From positions 32,001-96,000 of IMG/VR virus record IMGVR_UViG_3300047160_006900: a stretch of 64,000 bases of DNA; one strand, written 5' to 3'. Made by a program: the position numbers and the translations under genes. Source of the DNA: a virus. The notes below the pieces were generated by a model. That model saw only the letters and a program-made list of their open reading frames with translations. It searched no databases and had not been told where the DNA came from. This document shows positions 36,558-45,288 of the stretch, in pieces. How positions within the stretch are numbered: position 1 is the first letter of the stretch; the number at the start of each line of letters is the position of its first letter.

Positions 36558-39133
36558 TGCCGGTCCCGACGACCTACACCGATACCGCTGTGACCGGCGG
36601 AATCTCGTACTCCTACGCTGTGTCGGCGGTGAATGCGGTCGGGGAGGGTTCTCGATCGAACACGGTCTCAGTGATCCCTACCACGGTGGCGACCGCTCCC
36701 CCCGCCCCCACCATCACGGTGACGGCGGGAAATGCTTCGGCCACTATCCACTGGACGTGGCCGTTGGCCGACGGTGGGTCTCCGATCACCCACCTGCAGC
36801 CCTTTATGAACGGGGTGCAGATCGATGATTTGTCGGCACCGTCCTCGTTGTCCGCAGGGGTCTACACGTTCAACAACCTGACCAACGGGACGTCCTACAG
36901 CTTCTTCATCCGGGTCGTGAACGCCATCGGGACCAGCCCGAACTCCAACACTGTGTCGGCCACCCCGGTGGCGGCTGCTACGGCCCCGTCGGCTCCGGTG
37001 TTGTCAGGGACGGCCGGGAATGCCCAGGCGGTGTTGAACTGGACTACTCCCGCCAATGGGGGATCGGCCATCACCGGATACAAGGTGTATCGGGGTGGGG
37101 GTCTCATCACCACGTTGGGCGTGGTGAACACCTACACCAACACTGGCCTGACCAACGGGACGGGATACAACTACACGGTCACGGCGATCAATGCGGTGGG
37201 AGAGAGCACTCAATCCAACACGGTGACGCTCACGCCATCGGCTCCAGTTATCACCGTGCCCTCGGCTCCGGTGTTGTCGGGGACGGCGTCCAGCACCCAG
37301 GTCAGTCTGTCCTGGACGACGCCTTCCTCCAATGGTGGAGCAGCGATCACCGGGTACAACCTCTATCGGGGTGGGGCTCAACTGGTGATCCTGGGCGTGG
37401 TGACGTCCTACAACGACACCGGCCTGATCAATGGGACGGCCTACTCCTATTCCGTGACGGCGGTTAACAGCCAGGGGCAGAGTGCTCAATCGAACACGGT
37501 GACGTTGACCCCCTCCGTGGTGTCCTCACCGACGCTGCCTGCCAATCAGATCGTCGGCCAGCCGTCGTGGAAATCAACTTCCTGGGGCGGCTACGGGTAC
37601 ATCTACGCCTATACCGCTCTGATCGATAGCTGGGTACCGTGGGGGTTCGTCGGTCAAGCCGTCTTCAGCCCCGCCACCCACTTGGGCCTCGGAATGACGG
37701 GAAGCTCCCAGCTAGCGACCGATGTGCCGAACACTCCGGGTTCCCAATACGCCGACCAACGAAGTCAGGAGGGGCTGGCCAATGGGACGGTCGGGATCGC
37801 TGGTCGGGGTTCCTTCTACAACCAGAAGACCCATGACCCGACCAATGAGACGTACCTGAAGTTCTATACCAATAACCAACAGAACACGGGGACGTATCCA
37901 CCGTTCCACGATTGGTTCGATGACGCTTTCTGGACGAACACCGGGTATCCCTGGTTCGCCATGATCGGTCGGGATGTCAAGAACCTTGGGGGTTCTGGGA
38001 TCGGATTCGATACCGAACCTGCGGACTGGTCCAAGCTGGCTCCCGGGAAGACCGCAGCCCAACAAGAGCAGCAAGTGTTCAACGTCGCCTATGAATGCGC
38101 CCGTCAGTTCTACACGAACTTCCCGAACGGCGGGGAACTCTCCTACATGTGGAACTCCCCGCAGGGTGGGTTCGGGCACTGGCTTCGTGGCTGGTACTAC
38201 AACGGCGATACCCGGATCGGCACGACTCAGATTGGTGCAAACGCCACTTGGTACTTCGCCTGGTTGAAGGGGATGTGTGATTTCGGGGGGCCGGGCGCAA
38301 AGGTCATCCACATGCAGGCCGATTTCTATTCCCTCGGGGAGGGTTCGGCGGGCATGAATGGGGAGTCGAATCAGTACAACACCCGGTTGGCGAAGCTGAA
38401 GATGCAGGCCGAGGGGATTTATGCGTGCTTGTCACAGCCCTATCCCCTGGGGCTTGGGGCAACGTCGTGGAATAACGGCTGCGACAAGATCTATTTCGTC
38501 CCATCCGCATGGGCGGCGGGATACACCACGAACCCGAGGATGAACCCGTCGCAGTGGATGACCATGATGACCTGTGACCGTGTCGGCAGTATTGGGCCGT
38601 ACAAGAACACCTACATGGGTGGCGATGCGGGTGGTCTTTCCTCCACACCGGATTCGAAGTGGTACGCCATCGCTGGTGATTCCACTTCGGCGGTCCAGGG
38701 CTTCGGTACCACCCACAATGCCGCCTGTGTAGCGGGGGCGGATCAGACGCCGATCCCGACCGTAGCTCCTACCTGTACGAACCTGTCCTGGACCGGTTCC
38801 ACGATCTCCTGTCGGGCAGCGCATCAGTACGGGGTCATCTACGTCAAGGTCTACAACGGGGCTGGGTTCGACCCAGCGAATCCTGACCCCAACTATCTCG
38901 GGGCCATGCAGATGGTCTGGAATCACCCCAGCCTGCCTGACTACGTCGGGATCGCCGGGAACGCCCCTGGAGGTAGTAATCCCGGCGCTAGTGCTATCAC
39001 GCTGGCCAAGATGGCTGATACTTATCAGCAATGCACGTACCCGACTACGGGGAACTTGGGAGATTGGCGGGTCCTGAAAGTGGTCTCCGCCAAGATGGAT
39101 GTGGGCTGGTTCAAGGTCCAACGCACGTCATGA
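36557..39133 (+). CDS. Protein D: C-terminal half-FN3 + 3 FN3 + B-type hydrolase-like module
   Basis: Begins MPVPTTYTDTAVTGGISYSYAVSAVN; GGSGIGFDTE; ends WFKVQRTS like protein B. Confidence 0.85.
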   Translation: MPVPTTYTDTAVTGGISYSYAVSAVNAVGEGSRSNTVSVIPTTVATAPPAPTITVTAGNASATIHWTWPLADGGSPITHLQPFMNGVQIDDLSAPSSLSAGVYTFNNLTNGTSYSFFIRVVNAIGTSPNSNTVSATPVAAATAPSAPVLSGTAGNAQAVLNWTTPANGGSAITGYKVYRGGGLITTLGVVNTYTNTGLTNGTGYNYTVTAINAVGESTQSNTVTLTPSAPVITVPSAPVLSGTASSTQVSLSWTTPSSNGGAAITGYNLYRGGAQLVILGVVTSYNDTGLINGTAYSYSVTAVNSQGQSAQSNTVTLTPSVVSSPTLPANQIVGQPSWKSTSWGGYGYIYAYTALIDSWVPWGFVGQAVFSPATHLGLGMTGSSQLATDVPNTPGSQYADQRSQEGLANGTVGIAGRGSFYNQKTHDPTNETYLKFYTNNQQNTGTYPPFHDWFDDAFWTNTGYPWFAMIGRDVKNLGGSGIGFDTEPADWSKLAPGKTAAQQEQQVFNVAYECARQFYTNFPNGGELSYMWNSPQGGFGHWLRGWYYNGDTRIGTTQIGANATWYFAWLKGMCDFGGPGAKVIHMQADFYSLGEGSAGMNGESNQYNTRLAKLKMQAEGIYACLSQPYPLGLGATSWNNGCDKIYFVPSAWAAGYTTNPRMNPSQWMTMMTCDRVGSIGPYKNTYMGGDAGGLSSTPDSKWYAIAGDSTSAVQGFGTTHNAACVAGADQTPIPTVAPTCTNLSWTGSTISCRAAHQYGVIYVKVYNGAGFDPANPDPNYLGAMQMVWNHPSLPDYVGIAGNAPGGSNPGASAITLAKMADTYQQCTYPTTGNLGDWRVLKVVSAKMDVGWFKVQRTS

Positions 39134-39216
39134 ACACGTTGCAACGCCGCCTGGCTCGTAGATCTACCTCATGGAGTACTCATCGCCTAACCCGAGCACT
39201 CATCTAGGAGCCTGCT

Positions 39217-41067
39217 ATGTCAACTGATCTCCGGAAGCCCGGTGTCTACGTCGAGGAGTCGCTGCTCCTCGGGACGCCCGACGTCTCTGCGGCCACATCG
39301 GTGGCGCTGTTCGTGGGAGCGGCCGGGAAAGGACCGATCTCCTACCCGGTGCTGCTTAACTCCTGGTCGGACTACGTCCTGAGTTTCGGGGCGTTCGACA
39401 CCATGGTGGGACCGGCGGGGGACACCAACGTTTACACCACGTACCTGCCCTACGCCGTGTACTCGTACTTCCAGAACGGTGGACAACCGGCCTACGTGTA
39501 CCGGGCCGTGGGCTCGACTTCCGGAGGCGCTGCTGAACTCACCGTGACCGACGGGCAGAGTGAGTTCGCCACGGTCCAGTCGGTGCAGTTCACGGCGGGG
39601 ACCGGCCAGGACACCGGGACTGGTCGGGTCACGATCACCACCGTGGGGCCGCACGGCTATGACGCCGAGGACATGGTGTCCACCGTGGTGGACACCAACA
39701 CCTTCGTGAACGCCACTGCCGGTGTCTCGGTCATCTCCGACACCAAGTACGCCTACTACATCACGTCGGACCACATCGATATGACCGACACTCCGGACAC
39801 GGGTGTCGCCTCCACCACGGGTGAAGAGGTCTTCACGGTCTCGGCCAACAGCGTTGGCTCGGGAGGGAACTCCCTCGGGATCACCATCCAGATCGTGGAT
39901 CCCATCAACGGGGTGTTCAACCTCAGCATCTACAGCAACACTACTGAGGTCGAGCGGTTCCAGTACCTGACCATGACCGGGGACACCCCCGGGACCCGCA
40001 AGCTGGATGCGGCGATCAACGACCCCTACTCCGGCTCCACGTTGGTGAGGGTGTCGAACCCCGACAGCACCCTGGTCCCGGCCAGTATCTCCAACATCAT
40101 GAATCTCTACGGTGGGGTGGACCCCGGCCTGCCCGACCCGGCCACCGACTTCATCACCACTGCCCAGGCAGCGGCGGGGGTCATCGATGGGCCGATCATC
40201 GTCAACCTCGTCGGCTACACCACCAACACCAACGACCCGGATGCGTTCCAGATCCCGGCGGCGGTGTCCTCGGCCACCTTCGGGGACCGGGGAGACATCT
40301 TCGTGGTTAATGACGGGGCCAAGCAGCGTCCGTACAACCTGTCCCCGGCGGCGTACAAGACCAGCCTCAGCGCCACGCTGGGCCAGAACGCCGGGGACTC
40401 GTACACGGCCTCGTTCACCCCGTGGATCATCATCCCCGACCCCAAGAGCGCAGGGGCCACGATCACCGTCCCTCCGGGTGGTGCCGTGGCTGGGGTCATC
40501 AGTCGGGTTGATAGCACTATCGGGGTGTTCCGTGCCCCAGCGGGCATCGTGGCCCAGGTCACCAACGCTGTCGGGGTGGACACCAAGTTCTCCGACAACG
40601 ACCTGGGGGATCTCAACGTCTCCAATATCAATGTCATCCGGCCCGTGCAGGGGCAGGGCATCGCCGTCATGGGGGCCCGGACTCGCAAGCTGTACGGAGC
40701 GGACCGCTACATCTCCGGTCGCCGCACGCTCATCTACATCAAGGAGAGTCTGCGACGGTCCACGCAGTACGCATTGTTTGAGAACAACGACCAGCGGTTG
40801 TGGTCGCAGTTGATCATGACCGCCGAGCGACTGCTCCGGCCGCTGTGGGAGGCCGGTGGTCTGCGGGGCAACAACGCTACCCAGGCGTACTACATCCAGT
40901 GCGACGACGTGATCAACACCCCCGCCATGATCCAGTCAGGCGAGGTTCGGATGGAGGTCGGGGTGTCGCTGGAGTACCCCGCCGAGTTCATCGTTATCCG
41001 GGTCACGCAGTTTGAGAGTGGTGGAACCACCGCCGAAGTCATCCAGCCCGTTGGACCAACCGGTTAA
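39217..41067 (+). CDS. Contractile tail sheath protein
   Basis: KPGVYVEE N-terminus; VPPGGAVAG, GVFRAPAG, GART, FENNDQRLW and YPAEFIVIRV. Confidence 0.96.
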   Translation: MSTDLRKPGVYVEESLLLGTPDVSAATSVALFVGAAGKGPISYPVLLNSWSDYVLSFGAFDTMVGPAGDTNVYTTYLPYAVYSYFQNGGQPAYVYRAVGSTSGGAAELTVTDGQSEFATVQSVQFTAGTGQDTGTGRVTITTVGPHGYDAEDMVSTVVDTNTFVNATAGVSVISDTKYAYYITSDHIDMTDTPDTGVASTTGEEVFTVSANSVGSGGNSLGITIQIVDPINGVFNLSIYSNTTEVERFQYLTMTGDTPGTRKLDAAINDPYSGSTLVRVSNPDSTLVPASISNIMNLYGGVDPGLPDPATDFITTAQAAAGVIDGPIIVNLVGYTTNTNDPDAFQIPAAVSSATFGDRGDIFVVNDGAKQRPYNLSPAAYKTSLSATLGQNAGDSYTASFTPWIIIPDPKSAGATITVPPGGAVAGVISRVDSTIGVFRAPAGIVAQVTNAVGVDTKFSDNDLGDLNVSNINVIRPVQGQGIAVMGARTRKLYGADRYISGRRTLIYIKESLRRSTQYALFENNDQRLWSQLIMTAERLLRPLWEAGGLRGNNATQAYYIQCDDVINTPAMIQSGEVRMEVGVSLEYPAEFIVIRVTQFESGGTTAEVIQPVGPTG

Positions 41068-41077
41068 GGAGTAATCA

Positions 41078-41668
41078 ATGGCAACTACCAGCCTGTCGGA
41101 ACGTACCCGGTTGGTTGCTGACCCGCTGCGGAACTTCAAGTTCCAGTTGGAGATCTTCCACAGCGATGGTCAGCTTCAGTCGGACATCGGGAAGATGGGG
41201 TTCACTTCCGTCGAAGGTCTCAACATGTCGACGGAGATGATCCCCTACCGTGAGGGTGGTTGGAACACCAACCCGCACAAGATGCCGGGGATGACCGACT
41301 TCTCTCCGGTCACCCTCAGCAGCGGGGTGTTCTACCAGAAGCCCGGGATGTGGAATCTGGCGAAGCAGATGTTCGCCGTCCAGTGGGGCAACGGCACCAT
41401 CGGTGCCCTACAGGACTATCGCTTCGACATGCTCATCCGGGTCTTCGACCACCCGGTCACCACCGGTCCCGGCGCTGCCGTCCGAGGGGATGTCACGGGA
41501 GCGGTGCTGGCGTATCAGGTCTACAACGCCTGGGTCGCCAACATCGCCTTCTCGGGCCTCAACTCCATGGACAACGCCATCCTGGTCGAGCAGATGACCG
41601 TCCACCACGAAGGGTTGGACGTGTTCTGGGGGACTCAGGAGACTGCCACACTGCGTCACTCGGTCTAG
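41078..41668 (+). CDS. Tail tube protein (T4 gp19-like)
   Basis: DPLRNFKF, GFTSVEGL, YREGG, KMPG and VEQMTVHHEG motifs. Confidence 0.95.
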   Translation: MATTSLSERTRLVADPLRNFKFQLEIFHSDGQLQSDIGKMGFTSVEGLNMSTEMIPYREGGWNTNPHKMPGMTDFSPVTLSSGVFYQKPGMWNLAKQMFAVQWGNGTIGALQDYRFDMLIRVFDHPVTTGPGAAVRGDVTGAVLAYQVYNAWVANIAFSGLNSMDNAILVEQMTVHHEGLDVFWGTQETATLRHSV

Positions 41669-41683
41669 TCAGGAGAACCAACC

Positions 41684-42541
41684 GTGGTACAAGCAGCAGC
41701 GGCCAAACATACGGTCGTGGAAGAGGTCTCCCTGGAGGAACCCGAAGAGACTCCGGAGCAGAAGCTCCAGAAGGCTTCCAAGGTCATCGCCGGGGAGGTC
41801 CCGCTCATTCCGGCTGCCCCCGATACTTTGATCCATCTGCCTCGGGGGCTCTACACCGGGTCCAAGTGGGAAACCGAGGTCGAGATCCGAGAACTGACCG
41901 GGGCCGATGAGGAGGCTCTGGCCCGGTTCAAGGAGGCGCACGACTTCTTCAACGGCGTCCTGGTGTATGGGATCGCCCGTATTGGCTCCGAGGACCTGGA
42001 GAGGGAACCGTTCGCAGAGCGGTCCTCCACTCTGGCCGGGTTGCTGATCGGGGAACGAGAGCAGTTGTTCCTCCACATCGCCCGCATCACGTATGGGGAC
42101 GAAAAGGAGATCACTCATACCTGCCCATACTGCGGCGTGGAGGTCAACACCACGTTGCTGCTGTCGGAGGACATCACCGTCCCCGAGATGACGAATCCCC
42201 AGATGACCACCGACACGTTGACCACCTCCAAGGGGGCGACGCTCACGTATCGGTTGGCGACGGGGGCCGACCAGATGTTGGTGTTCTCCAAGAAGGGGGC
42301 CAACGTCGCTGAGCAGAACACCATCATGATCAGCCAGTGCGTGACCCAGATCGACAACAAGCCGGTGGTCAACCCGATGGAGATGGCTCGCAGCCTGTCC
42401 ATGGGCGACCGCCGCAAGCTCTTGGACCTGTTGATCACTGCCCAGCCGTCCCCCGACTTCAATCTCAAGGTCGACTGCGTGAGTTGTGGAGAGGAGATGA
42501 CCCTGCCGATCTCCTGGCAGGACATTTTTCGCTTCCAGTGA
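41684..42541 (+). CDS. Tail assembly chaperone / baseplate hub assembly protein
   Basis: IRELTGADEEAL, two CxxC pairs, ends DIFRFQ; lies between tube and tape measure. Confidence 0.85.
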   Translation: MVQAAAAKHTVVEEVSLEEPEETPEQKLQKASKVIAGEVPLIPAAPDTLIHLPRGLYTGSKWETEVEIRELTGADEEALARFKEAHDFFNGVLVYGIARIGSEDLEREPFAERSSTLAGLLIGEREQLFLHIARITYGDEKEITHTCPYCGVEVNTTLLLSEDITVPEMTNPQMTTDTLTTSKGATLTYRLATGADQMLVFSKKGANVAEQNTIMISQCVTQIDNKPVVNPMEMARSLSMGDRRKLLDLLITAQPSPDFNLKVDCVSCGEEMTLPISWQDIFRFQ

Positions 42542-42683
42542 GCCCCTGCTGTACATCGAGTACGACGTGATCTCCAAGGAGTACCCGGGGTGGGGGCTAG
42601 CGGATATTAGGAATCTCACCCGGAGAGAACGGACCTACTGGCAGGCCCTCTTGAAGTACCGACGAGCGCAGTATCATGGCTAA
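42528..42683 (+). CDS. +1-frame extension of the chaperone (frameshift product)
   Basis: The +1 frame reads FASSEPLLYIEYDVISKEYPGWGLADIRNLTRRERTYWQALLKYRRAQYHG*, with no ATG/RBS of its own. Confidence 0.65.
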   Translation, partial: FASSEPLLYIEYDVISKEYPGWGLADIRNLTRRERTYWQALLKYRRAQYHG

Positions 42684-45288
42684 CGGCGAGGAACGAAGCG
42701 CAGCACAACAGCAGTTGTTCGATCCCGGTCCTGCGGTAAAAGGTCGGAGATCCTCATCGAGAACTGCTGTCTCCTCGTCGGTCGATATCAGCCTGCCCAA
42801 GCTGAACGAGTTCAGCGACAGCATCGGCAACCTGCTGACCAAGCTGACGGAGTTGCGGGAGACGATGCTCTCCTTCTCCACCAAGCAGGCCGGGACCAAA
42901 ATGGCCCAGCAGATCGATGCTGCCACTAGTGCGGCCAAGGGGATCAGCGGAGGAGCCTCGACCGGGTACAACCCTCATGGCGGAGCGAAGCCGAACGTCT
43001 TCCAAGCCGGGGGTGACCTGCCCAGCACGGTCAAGCTCGCCCCCGGGGGTGGGGGGGCCAATCTTCTTCCGACTGGAGTGTCGTCGGCCGAGCTTCCTTC
43101 GGCCGAAAGCGCCGGGGGTGGTATCGGTCGGGTCGCTACCCAACTCGGGGGTGGTGCTGGTCTCGGCGGGCTGATCCAGGGTCTGATGATGGGGTTGCCG
43201 GAGATCGGTGGGGCGCTGGCTGGAAGCAGCCTGGCGTACACCTATAACCGCATCAACGGCCCCCAAGGGAACATGAACGCCATGCTTCAGTTGGCGCAGA
43301 CGATGGCTCCCAACGTCACCATGATGAATGCGGCCGGAGGAGGTCCTTCTGGCCCGCTCACCATCCAGAGTGCGATCCAGGGGCTGGGTCAGCGCATGCC
43401 GGTCATGGGCACGCAGCAGGACATGCTCCAGACCATCCTGGCGGGGCAGAGCGTCGGAGCCCTGATGGCGGGGACGCCGGGGCGGAACGGGTTCTTTGAG
43501 TCCGTCCGTCAGGCTCAGGCGCTGATGCCGGGGCAGGCTCCGGGCACGATCTCCGGGAACATCGCCGGATACCTCGGGAACGTGGGCGCTCAGCAACGAG
43601 GGGCCATGTTCGGTGAAGGAGCCTTCACCATGGTTGGCCAGGGGGGCAGCTACAAGACCCTCTCCGAGTGGGCCAAGGGCATCACCGCCTTCTTGGAGCA
43701 GCACCGGCCGGGTGGGTCGCAGGGGAAGGCCTTCACCAAGGCTGAACTCATCACCCAGAACTTCCCGGGATCAAACATCAATACATGGTTCCAGTTCATG
43801 GGTGTGCCTCAGAACATGGTCGACTACTGGTGGCAATACGTCCTCACGCAGGGAGCCAACGAGGGGACGGATCAGGTCACCTCCGACATGCTCCAGAAGA
43901 ATGTGCAGCAGCAGCGGGGGATGAACCTGGGCTTTGAGCAGTTGCGGACGGCGACCGCGTCGACCCAACGGGACATGCTGTTCGGGAATCAGATGTATGG
44001 CATGTATGGGCTGAACGCAGCGGCCAATCGCAACTTCAACCAGGCCATGGCACAAACGGATCAGGCTCTGGCAGCGCAGATCAAGGGATCCAATCTGGGT
44101 CAGATGCTGGCTCTGATGCCGACGCCGGTCATGGAAATGTTGATGCCCATCCTGTCCCAGTTCTTCTCCAGCCCGGTGGGAGCAGGGATGTCGGCTCTGG
44201 GTGGGGCGCTGGGCATCGACTTCTCCAAAGGCACGGTGGGTGGAGGAGGTCCGGGATTATTTGAGTCGGCGGGGAATGCTTTGAACACTTTGGGTATCCC
44301 GGGGGCAGGACTGGCAGGAAAGGCGGCGCAGACCGGGTGGGAAGGTCTGCAATCGTTGAACCCGTTCGGTGACCCGATGCCTTACGGGGACAAGGGTGGA
44401 AACACCACAGCCCATCTCAGCCCCGACCTGGCCCGACGGGTCAACGCCATGCTGGCTGCCAATCCCAATCTGCGGGTCTCCTCTGGCTATCGGGACACCG
44501 TGACCCAGAATCGCTTGCGGAGGAATGGTGGGCCGGTAGCTCCAGCGTCTCGGAGTGCTCATACCCGAGGTTGGGCTGCGGATATCGGTCCCGCCAGTCA
44601 GTCGGGCTGGCTCATGCAGAACGCCGGGAAGTTCGGGCTCCAGACCGCTGCCGGGTACGGGGAACCCTGGCACGTTCAGATGGCCGGGACTCCGATGGGT
44701 GATCCGATGCCCTATGGAGACGCCACTGACTTCATTACTGGTCCGATCTCGGACTTCCTGAGTCAAGGGCTCAATGACGTTGCCAAGGGCATTATCCAAG
44801 GACTTGGGAGCATGTTCCAGTCGATCATGCAGCCGTTGTTGACGCCGATCCAGGACCTGTTGAAGCAGTTCATCGGCAAGGGCGGCTACTCAGATCTTCT
44901 CCAGGGGGCCACCAACTTCTTCTCCAAGCTGCTCACTGCTCCGATGTCCGGGATGATGAAGATCTTCGGTCCTGGTCCTGCGATGAGTAACAGCGACATC
45001 TTGGGGATGATCGATCAGCCCCAGAACCTGACTGTGCCGGTCGTGGGGGCGTTCAAGGGCGCTGGCGGTGGTGGGGCTTCCGGCGGGCAGATCTTTGGGG
45101 ACCCGATGAGCTTGCTGTCGATGGCTCCGTCGTCCGGAGGTGGTGGGGGTGGTACCCCGGTCCTGATCTTCCACGCTCCGATCACCATCCAGGGCGGGGG
45201 AAGCGGGATCGACGCCCGTCAGATGGCATCCACGATTGCGAGTCATCTGGAAGAAGAGGCCAACAAGCGGCAATGGCTGGTGCAGTGA
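42676..45288 (+). CDS. Tape measure protein with M15-type (LAS) zinc peptidase domain
   Basis: Gly/Ala/Gln-rich helical protein; SGYR...Q..L...VAP...SAHTRGWAAD...FGL...EPWH. Confidence 0.88.
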   Translation: MANGEERSAAQQQLFDPGPAVKGRRSSSRTAVSSSVDISLPKLNEFSDSIGNLLTKLTELRETMLSFSTKQAGTKMAQQIDAATSAAKGISGGASTGYNPHGGAKPNVFQAGGDLPSTVKLAPGGGGANLLPTGVSSAELPSAESAGGGIGRVATQLGGGAGLGGLIQGLMMGLPEIGGALAGSSLAYTYNRINGPQGNMNAMLQLAQTMAPNVTMMNAAGGGPSGPLTIQSAIQGLGQRMPVMGTQQDMLQTILAGQSVGALMAGTPGRNGFFESVRQAQALMPGQAPGTISGNIAGYLGNVGAQQRGAMFGEGAFTMVGQGGSYKTLSEWAKGITAFLEQHRPGGSQGKAFTKAELITQNFPGSNINTWFQFMGVPQNMVDYWWQYVLTQGANEGTDQVTSDMLQKNVQQQRGMNLGFEQLRTATASTQRDMLFGNQMYGMYGLNAAANRNFNQAMAQTDQALAAQIKGSNLGQMLALMPTPVMEMLMPILSQFFSSPVGAGMSALGGALGIDFSKGTVGGGGPGLFESAGNALNTLGIPGAGLAGKAAQTGWEGLQSLNPFGDPMPYGDKGGNTTAHLSPDLARRVNAMLAANPNLRVSSGYRDTVTQNRLRRNGGPVAPASRSAHTRGWAADIGPASQSGWLMQNAGKFGLQTAAGYGEPWHVQMAGTPMGDPMPYGDATDFITGPISDFLSQGLNDVAKGIIQGLGSMFQSIMQPLLTPIQDLLKQFIGKGGYSDLLQGATNFFSKLLTAPMSGMMKIFGPGPAMSNSDILGMIDQPQNLTVPVVGAFKGAGGGGASGGQIFGDPMSLLSMAPSSGGGGGGTPVLIFHAPITIQGGGSGIDARQMASTIASHLEEEANKRQWLVQ

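Noticed and set aside
28298-39133. Diversity-generating retroelement or invertase shufflon acting on the paralogous C-termini
   Set aside because: Differences between paralog ends are mostly synonymous and not adenine-specific, all cassettes face the same way, and no reverse transcriptase or recombinase is visible in the window.
39130-39210. 25-codon ORF coupled to the end of protein D, and a TTGCAA promoter
   Set aside because: The ATGA is probably inherited from the duplicated gene end, the peptide has no features, and no -10 box lies at a 17-nt spacing.
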